From: Octopus sinensis
Lineage: Eukaryota
Length of the DNA: 64,000 nt
Assembly (NCBI RefSeq): GCF_006345805.1
Contig: NC_043000.1
Location: forward strand, 80,848,001 to 80,912,000
Reading direction: 5' to 3'
In this document: positions 12,121 to 25,139 of the stretch, one piece after another
Layout of the letters: each line of letters starts with the position of its first letter
How positions within the stretch are numbered: the first letter of the stretch is position 1
Program-made: the position numbers and the translations under genes
Notes under the pieces: generated by a model
Told to the model about the DNA's origin: nothing
The model's input: the letters and a program-made list of their open reading frames with translations, nothing else
Database searches by the model: none

Positions 12121-13529
12121 GAAGATTCTATCATCATCATCATTGTTCAACCGTGGTCGAGACAATGGAATTTACCATGCTACGCCAGACTTCACGGTCC
12201 ATCATGGCATTACGGAGGTCCTGTTGCTGGATGCTTGTATCCCTGGAGATTACATCAGGGTAGGAGAGTGTGCGCCCTCTGGTATTGCGAGTAGATGGCT
12301 TCCAGAGGAGAAGAGTAGAAATTACCTCTTTTTCAGCTCTACAACAATGTCCAGCAAACTGGACTCTCTTACCTTTCACAAGAGATGACACAGGTGGTAG
12401 TTTCCCATATATTTGCATTTTGGTTGGATGGCGCTTCCACGAGAGATTTTGATCTCTCGTAAGGAGGCGAGTGTAGGTTCCATCCAACCGCCTCTCAAGC
12501 TTCTTTGATAACGTCCAGGTTTCTGAGCCATATAGTAGAATTGGTTCGACTGTGGCTTTGAAGATTTCAAGTTTGAAGTCTCTACTTAGATTTGATGACC
12601 AGATCTTATGCATGTCATTACAGGCTGACCAGGCCATACCCTTTCTAGTTAGAAAGTCTTTTCCAGATGATGATATGTATGACCCAAGATATTTGTAATC
12701 AGAAACCATATTTAAGGGCGCATTGTTGAGAGTATGGATGATGCAATCACTGTTGGACAGACACTTGTTTATGTATTCAGTCTTGGCCTCATTGAGGTAA
12801 AGACCTACACAATTTGAGGCTTGTTCAAGAGATTGTAAAAGAGACTGGGCATTGGAGAGAGAATCACTGATAAGAACGATGTCGTCAGCAAAGTCAGTGT
12901 CTGTCAAGTACTCAGCTGGGTGTCTGGAACTTCTTGGTTTTATTTCAAAGCCCTTGCCAGAGATGGTATCAACTGACATACGTAGCACATAATCAACAAC
13001 AATGATGAAAAGAAATGGGGCGAGTGTGTCTCCCTGCAGTATTCCGGCTTTGACCCAAAAAAGGCGATTTATCCCTCGTCACCAACTACAGGGGTATATC
13101 TCTAATGTCAATTGCTGCAAAACTGTACAACAAACTGATCCTAAATCGTCTTGTCCTTTTCGTTGAACCTTTGCTCCGAAAGAACCAAAATGGATTCAGA
13201 CATGGGCGCTCAACGCTGAGCCAGATACTATGCCTACGCAGACTTATTAAAGAATCAAAAGCATTTAATCACGATCTTGCAATGGTATTTGTAGACTTTT
13301 CTAAAGCGTTCGATTCTGTAGATAGGTACAAGATGTTTGAAATCCTTAAGCTCTATGGGATACCAGACAAAATCATTTCTGCCATCAAGGTCCTCTACAC
13401 AGATACGTCTTCAACCATCTTAACCCCTGACGGAGAAACATCATCTTTCTCAATCAAAGCCGGAATACTGCAGGGAGACACACTCACCCCATTTCTTTTC
13501 ATCATTGTTGTTGATTATGAAGATTCTAT
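12121..13529 (-). mobile_element. Young 5'-truncated, 5'-inverted RTE-clade LINE with 11-bp TSD (GAAGATTCTAT)
   Basis: Minus segment 12131-13053 encodes the RT C-terminal half (QGDTLAPFLF, FADD, YKYLGS, LLYGSETW, AGHCCR) and ends in a (TGA)n tail. Plus segment 13054-13519 encodes the RT N-terminal half (PKKGDLSLVTNYRGISL, QNGFR, FVDFSKAFDS, QGDTL). TSD at 12121-12131 and 13519-13529. Confidence 0.95.
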
Positions 13530-16500
13530 ACTTATTGCTGCTACCTTAGCTTTGGGTATCTACTATTGACAAAGCCAAGGAGAGTTGAAATCATGTGATC
13601 TGGTACTCTTGGCAGTGATGGTGCATGATTATCTCCCACTAGCGTTATAAACATGAGTGATAATTTGCGCCATTCCATATGAAAGGTTCTCTTTGGGTAA
13701 CTAATGCAGTATTCCGTGTTCTTACACAACATCCACTTCTAAATTGGGATTAATATTATATTTTGGTATTAATACTGCTTCTGTCATTATTAATTATGTT
13801 ATTGCAATAAGCGAGATGTTATCAGTGACTAAAAACCAAAAGCAAAGTATTTAAGTAATGATGTTTTAATTATTTATTATTCTTAATGTTCTACAAATTT
13901 TAGTGCTATGATAATGAAGCTGAAGATTCCAGATTTACACTTTAAGTGTTAGATTAATCATTGGTATTGTAAAATTTGGATCATTCTAAGACTGAAATGA
14001 TTATCAACATTTCCATGTCTTCTGAAAATGGTTAAAATCACAAGTCAAGGTTTCATTTCTGTTAAACGGAGATTGTTGAAGATTAGATGAGAAATTTTGT
14101 TTTTTGAACAGAAGCATATGAGAGCTTGTGTGTGTGCGCGCGCATATAGGAAGAAGATATGTATCTATGTAGAAATGCTGAACAACTGTGTTTGTACATG
14201 TGAAAGACCTGTGTATGTTTGTATTTCTGTAACATATCTATATTATTTCCATCACTATTCACTTTTGGTTATGATACCAGTGACGTGATAGGACTTCCAC
14301 ATGAAGACAAATGTTGAGAGAGTTGAAAGAAATGGAGAATTGTGGGACAGAGATTCAAGATAGAGATAGTAAGTCTTACACACATTCACATACACACACA
14401 TACACATATGTACAGAGAAAGAGAGAGAGAGAGCAGCTAACTCCACAACAGAATAGAATACATTGTGTCTTTCTATGCAAAAGATTACAATCTCTTTGTC
14501 ATGTGCCACAGCTTGTTTCATGGACTTGTCTTTTTTTGTGTTTCATTTATTTTACACCAGTACTGATGGACTAATCATGGTTTCGCTGCATTTCTGACAG
14601 TGAGAGTGACAAGGGAGTGTGTGAAATTTGGTATTGAGTGAATATTACATGGGATTTCATTAAGAAAGTACTATTTTCCCACCTTACTGATGTTTATATC
14701 CTCCACCAATATACATCAATTAATGATATACATGCATACATACACACATGTATACACATACACACATACTTATATGACAGAGAGAAAATTGAGATGGAAC
14801 TGAAAGACAAATTCTACAACTACACATCAATTGAGTTTCAGCGACAGTAATCTTCTTTTGGCAGTTGCATAGAGAAAGAAGGATGTCAGTCAACTTCTGT
14901 AGATTTTTGTCTGGATGTCTGTATAGGGCTTTCAAATCACGAAAGACACCTGACATGAAAATTCTTTAGTTGAGAAACATTGTAAAGCTTGAAGCTTGAA
15001 TTCCTGTTTTTTTTCTTTCTGTCATTCTTTCACATTTTTTGTGTGATTACTTTGTTTCTTTTTTTCTTGCTAAAGTGTGAATATAGTATTTTTCATGCTC
15101 AAGTTTCAGTAAATGCTGTGGACAGTTTAAAATCCATTGGTATATGTACTATGAAGCCACCTCTTTCTTTTGAAACCACACACACACACACACACACACA
15201 AGGCCATACACTAGTACTGACATGCTATTTTAAAGATAGTTTTCACAATGACAGAGGTTTGCATACATAGAAATTATTTAATATTAATATATTTGCATGG
15301 AAATAAGTGAGGTGTTTGTTTACAGAGGTATAAGTATAGTGGCATTGGTTAGTGAGATCAGGGTGTTGGTATGCAAAACTGTGTCTGAAGAATGGCTATT
15401 GTCCAAAACATTGGACTTTCCACTCCCCACAGTAACTTCACTGTACTCTTTTTATTGTACTCTTTTACTTCATAATATAAGTCTTGCCAACACAGACCAA
15501 CTCTAGCCTTGTTTGGAGTCTGGTTGATCATTTACGTATATGTACACCCAAACCCACACACGCACATACACATTTGTATGTGAATATGTGGGTAAATGTA
15601 ATATTAATCAAACTACAAAGATTCTGTCCATTATCTTTCTTCAAAGAACATCATATTCCCCTGAATAGTACACTGGACTGAATGATATGGTCTTAGGTTC
15701 ATTATACCTAGAAAAGAAGGCAGGGTGGTCATAGCTGGAATAAGTTTGTAGATCAAGGGTAATGTTGACCAAACAACAACAGCTATTGTATCACAGTTCT
15801 ATGGATAGCTTAGCACCAATATAAACCAATTCTTTCATCAATTATAACCATTCCCTGTTGACTTAACCAGCTGTGTAAAAAAAATAAAAATAAAAAACTA
15901 AAGAATTTTTGACAAGCCAGAATCTCCATAAATGTTATCTGCTTTAGCTTGAACTTTCAGTGTTCAGACAATTACTACAAAGTGTGATAGAGGACTTTAT
16001 AAATTCCTCACAGAACTGTAGTAATGTTTTCATAATGAGTAGCACAATAGAATTTGTTATGGTAACATTTTGGTATAGAATTTCATTCTTTTACCGAAGA
16101 CAATAGATCTGAAATCCTATTAAAGCATGATTATTTCCTCATTTCTATTTCCAACTGGCTAATTTCATTAAAACGTTCTTTTTATTTTTTTATTATTTGG
16201 TTTTGGTTTTTGTAGTTATTATGTGGTGAATACTTTTAGCATTGCAGTGGCTGTGTTTATGTAATTTAGCAATAAACACAAGCTTTCAATCTGCTTGTTT
16301 AACTCACCTTTGTGTTGTCCAAACTCCATGCTTGTTTGAGGGCTTGGAGATGGGGATGATGATATTGTTTACACTCAGGTGATCCTATGATGAACGACAT
16401 TCCAGACATGACCTTCTCAAATCTTATACAGTGTTTCTAGAATGACATTATCTTGTGTGTTATTCCTATTTAAGATGCTTTGGTGCATGATATGAGGGAG

Positions 16501-17069
16501 ATTTGGGTGGTGTTTGTAGAAAATCAAGACACCATGTAGAAGGTCTTGCATTGATATGCTGTTTTATCAGTTAATTGTTTGCACCTATGTTCAAAAGCTT
16601 TCCAACCATGACCACTATATCCTGTTTCCAGAAATAGCACATCTAGAACTACATTATTCAATGTTTCCTGCCTTCTTTTTAAGACAACAATATGATTTGG
16701 GTATTTGGTTTCCATTTCTTGAAGATTGAACTGTCATTTAGATGCTCACTTTGGCCCATTGTCTTTCATGTTCATGTTGGTACTCATGTTGATGCTGTTA
16801 TTAGTGGTAGGTTCTTCAGCAGCAAATCTATAATGCAGGTAATAAAAGCCAATCAAAGACTGATCAACGACATTAACACACCACTATAGATATATCACTT
16901 AGATGGGATTAAATGGAGTTCTTACTAAAACTGTCACACCAATATTGTGGTCATAGGTTGGGAGTAGGTGTGACCCCATTATTACCAACACTACTACCCT
17001 GATACTTGATCTTTAGGAGAGTTCACCCTCATGCTAGTACCTAGACCAAACATCTGCTGGTCCCAATAT

Positions 17070-18560
17070 TCACATTATTCTTGAAACATCTTCTGGCTCT
17101 GAAGAGAAGAATCAGTCTTTGAGATTCTGTGCTACCTATGTTAAAGATGTGCTTTCACCAAGAGAGATCCCCAGTAATACACATGAGGCCCTGCTTTTGG
17201 AGTAACTATGAGGGCTCTGACTGAGTGCAGTTCATATTCAATAGATGGTGATACACAAGTGTTTCTTGTCATGAGTAGTGCTTGAGTTTTTGTGTTGTGA
17301 AAAAAGACAAGATTGTTATGGCCCCTCTGAAGGATTCTCTAAAAGCTTTCATTTATGTAATTGATGCAGGCTTGGCATGTAGTATCTAGGTTACATCAGG
17401 ATGATGCATGTTTGAGGAAAGTTAGGGAAAAATGAAGGGTTGTGTTGTCTACATAACAGTTGACATTGTTTGAGGTGGTGGTAAGTAGAAAGAAGAGAAA
17501 AGGGGACAAAACCAAACCCTGTGAAATACTAAAACTGATTCAGAATTTGGTAAAAAGTGTTCCATCAACACATGTCACAATGGTGAAATCAGATTGGAAA
17601 CTACTAATCCAAGAGATGAGACGTGGGTAGAGCCCATAGGACAGAAGTTTGGAAGGAGATTTGTATGCCAAACAACATCTGGCATGCAAATATCACTTTG
17701 AAAATCAACAACATTGCTTTCACTAATCTTATTTGAAGTGAGATCCCACTAGTGAGTAACATGAGAGAACAGGTTGCCTGTAGATCTGGCTCTGTGGTCA
17801 CTGAGGGAAGAGAGAGGTGAAGACAGAGAATGAAAGATGCAAAGTGTTGGAGAATGTCATTGCTAATAACTATCTCCATTACCTTAGAAATGTCAGAGTT
17901 GAGTAAAAGAGTGTGATAGTTGGCTAGATCAGAGAACTTACCATTCTTTTGGAAGAGATGCACAAAGGTGTGTCAAGGTCTCCCATAGAGAAGGAAAGAC
18001 TGAAAAGTAGAATTATGTGAAAGAGTAAGGTTGGGGGTGCAAATTTTGAGTACAAGGGAAGGGGTATTGTCAGCTAAAGTCTCTGTTTATTTGAAGCAAT
18101 TAGAGATATTTCTGTACATGGTATGTATGTGTGTCTGTGTGTGTGTCTGTGTGTGTGTTTGTATGTATGAATGCATGCATGCAGAGTAGGCAGCCTATTG
18201 GAGTGGATTGGTGTAGATTTGAAGGAGATTGTCTAAGGATGTGTAGTGTGGAGTTGTATGCAAAGTGGAAAGTGAAATTGGAGGTTTTCTCCATAGGGGC
18301 ACAGCTTACAGAACCAGTATTGTTTAGAAGAGGAGGGAAAGAGGATTTTACAAATTTGGTGAAGATTTTTCTGGCTAGGGACCAAAAGAGCCAGCTGTAG
18401 TTTGGGAGTTGGGAAAGCTTGAGGGTCATGCTATGCACAAAAGGCATCCTTTGTGCACCAAAGGTTGAATAAAAGTTGCACTGCTGTGTGAATGCTTCAC
18501 AGTTTTGAAGAGAGGATAAGATTCTCCCACTATTGTAAGTCATATTTTCTGCCTGAATAG
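17070..18560 (-). mobile_element. Degenerate CR1/L2-like LINE RT fragment, interrupted by a (CA/TG)n tract
   Basis: Minus-strand pieces with frameshifts: KSSFPPLL, FAYNSTL, NYHTLLLNSDISKVMEIVI, VVWHTNLL, ISQGLVLSPFLF, CYVDNTTL, TKTQ, GDLSW, LLFRARRCF. Confidence 0.75.
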
Positions 18561-19269
18561 CTGTTGCACAGTTACAGATAAACTATTTAGGGGACTGAAG
18601 TTTTGTTGTGTGTAGGATGTGAATGACGTGCCAAAAAGGATGGCCTCAGTCATCTACCAAGGTATTCCTATTGGCATATTAAATAACCAAAAGAATATTA
18701 CAAGTTATTTAGTGAGTGTAATATTCCACTATAACCCTGCCACTATATGACAATTTTAGTTTCTGTAATGTCTCAGTATAACTATTTATTTCAAATTGAT
18801 AGATCAACTCATATGTAGACACATAACACAAAGATCTCTGTTTATATAAACTTTAGATTATCAGATATAAATCAGAACAGTGATATTGTATGACAATCGG
18901 CACACACATGCAGCAACAGTAGCTGTAGTTATTGTTGTTGCAGGAGGTGGTGGTGGTGTTAGTGCTGGTGGTGGTTAAGCCCATGTGAACTCTGAATAAT
19001 CAGACTCATGATTAATCAAAGCTAAACCAGCTGTTACCATATCTTCTTTTTTTGTTGTTTTTTTAGACTTCAGGCATTGTGTATCTTGAACTATACAAGG
19101 TGTGAGAGGTATTTAAGGACATATTCAGTAACTTCAGCTTTGATGATTGCTTTAATATGAGACCAGAATCATTGACAGAGTTGCTCTAAATGGTCCTTAT
19201 TTTCAATCTATGAAGAAAGAGGTAAACTTTGACAGATATATGAGTGCCTCTTTTTCTTGACTTTTGATC

Positions 19270-21326
19270 TCTTAGACAACTCACGCACGAGGTATCAAGT
19301 TCTTGGATCAGGTTATTAAGTTCATGGAGAGGGTCATAGCCCAACTAATTAGAGAGAGGGTCAGTCTAGATGAGATGCAGTTTGGGTTCGTACCAGGGAA
19401 AAGCACCACTGGCGCTATATTTCTAGTAAGACAGCTGCAGGAGAAATACCTAGCCAAAGATAAACCTCTGTACCTGGCTTTCATTAACACGGAGAAAGTG
19501 TTTAACAAGGTCCCCTGATCCCTTATCTGGTGGTCAATGAGGAAACTAGGGATAGATGAGTGTTTAGTGAGAGCTGTGCAAGCCATATACAGAGATGCTG
19601 TCAGTAAGGTGAGGATTGACAATGAGTACACTGAAGAATTCCAGGTAGGGGTAGAGGTCCACCAAGGATCAGTCCTCAGCCCCCTCTTATTCATCCTAGT
19701 CCTCCAGGCAATAACAGAGGAATTCATGACAGAATGCCCCTGGGAGCTCCTCTATGCTGATGACCTTGCTCTAATTGCTGAGTCACTATCAGGACAAGAG
19801 GAAAAGTTTCAGATGTGGAAACAAGAATTAGAATCGAAGGGCCTTAGAGTCAACCTAGCTAAAACCAAAGTCTTAATAAATAAGAAGGCAGTCAAACCAC
19901 AAATCCCTTCAGGTAGATGGCCCTGCTTAATCTGTAGAAAAAGGCGTAGGTAAAAACTCCATAAGTTTATACCCAGTGTAAGCTATGGAAACATAAGAGG
20001 TGCAGCAATATCAAAGGAAGGCTAACTGGGAAGATAGTTTTTGTATGTGGCAAATGCTCAGGTGCTATAAACACTGAAGATGTGCAGAGAACAGCTTCCG
20101 TCACATTCCAGGGGGAAAAATTGCAAGTAGTTGATAGCTTCTGTTACCTAGGTGACCAAATCAGTAGTTGGGGTGGATGTTCTGAAAGTGTAGCTGCTAG
20201 AATAAGAATAGCCTAGACAAAGTTCAGAGAGCTCCTACCTCTGCTTGTGACAAGGGGCCTCTCACTCAGGGTAAAAGGTAGACTGTATGATGCATGTGTA
20301 CAAACAGCCATGCTACATAGCAGTGAAACATTGGCCATGACTGCTGATGACATGAGTAAGCTTGCAAGGAATGAAACCAATATGCTCCACTGGATGTGTA
20401 ATGTCAGTGAGCATACACAACAGAGTATAAGTGCCCTGAGAGAAAAGTTGGATTCAAGAAGCATCAGATGTGGTGTGCAAGAGAGATGACTGTGCTGGTA
20501 TGGTCATGTGTTGCAAATGAATGAGGACATGTGGACATGTGCAAAAGTGTCACATCCTAGCAGTAGAGGGAACCTGTGGGAGAGGTAGAGCCAGGAAGAT
20601 CTGGGATGAGGTGGTGAAGCATGACCTTCGAACATTGGGCCTCACCGAGGCAATGACTAGTGGCCAAGAGATATGTTGGAGATATGTTGTGCTTGAGAAG
20701 ACCCGACAGGCCAAGTTAGACCATAACCTGTGGCCTGTGCTAGTGGGTGCAACCAGCCCACTTATGAGTACCCCTCATTCATTAGACAAGAAACTTTGCT
20801 TGTGAAGACCTGTTGAGGCAAGTGAAATCAAAATTAAAATCACCGACGTGGCTGATGACAGTACTGCATGATTGGCACTTGTACCATTGGAACATTAAAA
20901 GCACCATCCAAGCATGATTGTTGCCAGGGCTGCTGATTGGAATGTAAAAAGCACCATTCATGCGTGATTATTGCCAGTGTTGCCTTACTCACACATGTGC
21001 TAGTGGCACATGAAAAAAAATTCAAGCATGGTTGTTGCCAGTGCCACCAGACTGGCTCCTGTGCAGGTAGCACATAAAAAACACCTTTTGAGTGTGGTCG
21101 TTGCCAGAACTGCCTGACTGGCCCTCATGCCAGTGGCATGTAAAAGCACCCACTATACTCTCGGAGTGGTTGGTGTTAGGAAGGGTATCCAGCTGTAGAA
21201 ACTTTGCCATATCAGATTGGAGTATGGTGCAGCCCTCTGGATCGCCAGTCCTCAGTCAAACTGTCCAACCCATGCCAGCATGGAAAGCGGACGTTAAACA
21301 ATGACGATGACGACGATGATGATGAT
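19270..21326 (+). mobile_element. 5'-truncated RTE-clade LINE (RT, PHD-like insert, repeat-containing 3' UTR, (GAT)n tail)
   Basis: QFGFVPGKSTTGAIF, HQGSVLSPLLF, LLYADDL, LRVNLAKTKV, then the RTE C-terminus. The 3' end has a CCATGCCAGCATGG hairpin and a GAT tail. Several stops and frameshifts. Confidence 0.92.
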
Positions 21327-21529
21327 TATATATACACACACACACACACATATATATATATATGTGGCTGTGTGGTAACTAGCTTGCCTACCAACCACAT
21401 GGTTCCAGGTTCAGTCCTACTGCGTGGCACCTTGGGCAAGTGTCTTCTACTATAGCCTCAGGACAACCAAAGCCTTGTGAGTGGATTTTGTTGACAGAAA
21501 CTGAAACAAACCTGTCGTATATATCTATT

Positions 21530-21752
21530 GTCATGGCACTCCGTCAGTAATGACGATGAGGGTTCCAGTTGATCCGATCAACAGAACAGCCTGCTAGTGA
21601 AATTAGCATGCAAGTGGCTGAGCACTCCACAGACACATGTACCCTTAACGTAGTTCTCGAGCAAATTCAGCATAAACACCCAGTATGGGAATTGAAACCG
21701 TGATCCTACAACCACGAGTCAACTGCACTAACCACTGGGCCATTGCACCTCC
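21530..21752 (-). mobile_element. Third tRNA-headed SINE family, nested in the family-A SINE
   Basis: Minus strand begins GTGGAGGTGCAATGGCCCAGTGGTTAG (A box) ... GGTTTCAATTCC (B box), followed by an unrelated body. Confidence 0.6.
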
Positions 21753-21757
21753 ACATA

Positions 21758-22568
21758 TCTATTATATAAAATCCTTTCTGTCTGTGTGTGTCTTCTAGGA
21801 TCTCAGGCATCCTCCATCCGGTTGTGCTCAAATTTGATATGTAGATACCGATGGTATCAGGGATTATATATGTCTTGAAAAAATTACAAAAATCGATTCC
21901 AGGTGAGAATGCGATCGATAAAACCGTGGGAACGTGCATTTGTAAGCGCAAGTACATCAGCTGTTGCCACTAGCTTTTCCATGCCCTTGAACATCCCATA
22001 AAGTAAGTTAGCTTAAAATTGGTTACTTAGTTCCCTAGGTTGTTGCTTTTCATCAAAAATTGCCCCAAGTTGATTTCCTACATGTTTTATCAGATAAACT
22101 TATTATTGTCCCAGGTACGTTCTCATAAATTCATCATGCATTTCCATCTAGATTTACCTCCAGCTAACCCATTTGCATGCATCGTTTTTGTTCTGCTTTT
22201 CTTCCGTCAACCTGTACATAACTGCATCTTCCATTTTTTGTTGTTTTTATACTGCTTAAAGGCACGTTTCTTTCCTGCCAAGCTTACTGTTTAAACCATG
22301 CTTGTGTTCTCCCAATCAACAGCCTTATCATTACTGGTACTTTAAACTCTTCGGTTACATATTTTTGTGAATAAAATCGACTTTCTTTGGAATAGAAAAA
22401 AAGTCTATCTTTATTTCTTCTTTTGCTGATATCTCAAATTTAGGTTAAATCAGTGTTTCTCAAAGGGGAGGCCTATGAGACGGTTGGACAAGTTGTTTTG
22501 AGAAAATTTGGTTTAAATGTTTGACAACTCAGCACCATCCATTGGACGGGGCGTGGGCACTTTTCTCG
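21758..22568 (+). mobile_element. Putative non-autonomous Helitron-like element
   Basis: Starts A|TCTATATTATATAAAA followed by a TGTC microsatellite-like stretch. Ends in a GC-rich patch then CTCG|T (Helitron ends are usually CTRR|T). No ORF. Lies inside a SINE microsatellite. Confidence 0.4.
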
Positions 22569-22605
<37 letters not shown>

Positions 22606-22818
22606 GTGTGTGTATGCTTGTGTGTCTGTCCCTCCACCATTACTTGACAACTGATGTTGGTGTGTTTACGTCCCCATAACTTAGTGGTATAGCAAAAGAG
22701 ACTGGTAGAATAAATACTAGGCTTACAAAGAATAAGTCCTGGGGTCGATATGTTTGACTAAAAGCAGTGCTCCAACATGGCTACAGTCAAATGACTGAGA
22801 TAGTAAAAGAATAAAAGA

Positions 22819-22859
<41 letters not shown>

Positions 22860-22860
<1 letters not shown>

Positions 22861-23060
22861 TTCAAACTTTGGCACAAAGTCAGTAATTTCAATGGAAGGG
22901 ACTTAGTGGATGAAATCAACCTGAGTGCTCAGCTGGTACTTATTTTATTACCCATGGAAGGATGAAAGGCAAAGTCAACCTCGGCAGGATTTGAAGTCAA
23001 AACATTAAAACACAAAATGGATTTGCTTGTTGAGCTAATGATTCTGCTACCAGCTCACCT
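22860..23060 (-). mobile_element. Family-B SINE
   Basis: GGATGAAAGGCAAAGTCAACCTCGGCAGGATTTGAA core. Confidence 0.75.
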
Positions 23061-23063
23061 CAT

Positions 23064-23423
23064 ATTCTTTTATTCTTTTATTTGTTTCAGTCATTTGACT
23101 GTGACCATGCTGGACCACCTTTAGTCGAACAAATTGAACCCAGGGCTTAATCTTTGTAAGCCTAGTACTTATTCTATAGGTCTCTTTTGCCAAACCGCTA
23201 GGTTATAGGGATGTAAACACACCAGCATTGGTTGTCAAGTGATGGTGGGGTGGGGACAAACACACACACAGGCTTCTTTGAGTTTCCATCTACCAACTCC
23301 ACTCACATGGCTTTGGTCAGCTATAGTAGAAGACACTTGCTCAAAGTGCCATGCAGTGGGACTGAACCCAGAACCATGTGGTTGGTAAGCAAGCTACTTA
23401 CCACACAGCCATTCCTGCACCTA
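23064..23423 (-). mobile_element. Family-A SINE
   Basis: TTTGTTTCAGTCATTTGACTG tail and ACTTACCACACAGCC head. Confidence 0.85.
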
Positions 23424-23429
23424 TGTATG

Positions 23430-23465
<36 letters not shown>

Positions 23466-24378
23466 GTATGTGTGTGTGTGCACACATGCTAGGGTTTAGT
23501 CCAAACAAATCTACCACAGTACTTATTTTTTAAGCTTGGGACTTATTCTATTGGTTTCTTTTGTTGAATTCCTATTGTTAGAGTAATATAAATTGATCAA
23601 TATTTGTTGTGAAGTAGTGGTGGAAGTCGAAAAGCATAGATACACATGCATAAATACCAGCCAAATACCGACTAAAACTTATGAAAGTAGTGCCCCAGAA
23701 ATGTGTGTGAGTGTGCATACATGTGTGTATGTGTGAACATGAATGTGTATGTGTGTGCATGTGTGTGTAATTATACATGTGATAGAAGATTTGCAAATGA
23801 GAAAAATTACTATTGTCATCAGTTCAGTTCAATTTATTCTGTTCTGGTCATTGATGATAATAGCAGATGAAGAGTTTTAGGATAGTTGCAGTTAACTGGT
23901 TGCAGATCATAACTTCTATATCAAAGAGTGACAATATCATTGTTAGAAATATAAATGTTGAAATCCATTAATGATGAAGAATCTTCCTATATTTTCATAA
24001 ATATAAATATAGATTTACCTGAAATCCTCTTTTGATTTTTGATAAATAACTTTCAGTCATGCATCAGCCCTTCAGGCTATATACACACTTGTACATGTGC
24101 ATACACAGACATACAAACACACATGCCTGTACACACATGCATACACACACAAACACACATGTACACACAGCATGCAAGCACACACATACAAATGTAAGTA
24201 TGCATGCAACACTCTTTAGTAAGTCTTTCATATTGCCTCACTATTTAATCTGCCAAGGTACCCTAGAATTAATAGTATAAAAACCAGTAAAGAGGATTAC
24301 AGCCACCAACTGCAATTATATTTCACTTGATTGTAATTACAGATATCTAATTGGTCAAGCCTTTGAACTTCAACTCAC

Positions 24379-24454
24379 CAAGTTTAATCTGATTTCTGTT
24401 GATTGCATTACCAAACATTTGAGTCCATGCCTGAGGCATCGTTGTCAAGATGAC
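24379..24454 (-). other. Candidate internal exon (76 nt, phase 0 to 1; VILTTMPQAWTQMFGNAINRNQIKL)
   Basis: Acceptor ccttattcctctcttaaccaag, donor TTG|gtgagt; only one frame is open. No protein family recognised. Confidence 0.35.
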
Positions 24455-25139
24455 CTTGGTTAAGAGAGGAATAAGGATTTCATAGGTCTTTGTTAATCAT
24501 TGACATGAAACAAATATGAGGTGCAGTAATAGGAACAACAACAACAGAAGCAGTATCAACAACAACAACAATAACAAAGAAAAACTACTTATATGACATG
24601 TAGGACCTGGGTATTGAAAACCAAGCAATCTAAATATCTTCATCCAACCAAAATATCCATAACTAAACAAATTAACTAGACAGTAAACATTGAAGTCTCT
24701 CTGTTCTGAAAGTTCATTTATTAGTTCAACAAACTGGTAGATGAAACTCTTAGCATCAAAACTGAAGAAACATACCTTCAAATAATAAACATCTATTTCT
24801 ATCTCGGCCAACTTATAACTACACAACCAGGTAAAGCAATAAAATGCCAATTTACCTTAAAATGGTGGTGCTTAAGTTCCTTTTTAAAAGCAAAATGCCC
24901 TATAAAAGACAAGTTTTCCCACAAATGTGCCATCCCAACAATTTCCTTATTGTACAGAAATATGGGACTCAACGGGAGATCTAACAAACAAGCTAAGAAC
25001 TACTTAATGTGTTCTTGGACACAATTTGTTTGGAATAACGTGGAAGAATGATGAAACAACAAAATGGATCTGAGAACAAGCAGAAGTAAGTGATCTTGAC
25101 AAGTCCATAAAATTATTGTCTGGAGTCAAGTCTATACTG

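Larger units (their letters stand above)
21364..22820 (+). mobile_element. Family-A SINE split by nested insertions (head 21364-21520, tail ~22570-22820)
   Basis: Head GTGGCTGTGTGGTAA...GGTTCAGTCC and tail GACAAC..GGTGTGTTTAC..CAGTCAAATGACTGA match uninterrupted copies such as 57232-57627. Confidence 0.8.

Noticed and set aside
14281-14368. Plus-strand exon-like segment with a strong GATA|gtaagt donor
   Set aside because: All frames contain stops with the available acceptors, and I found no partner exons.
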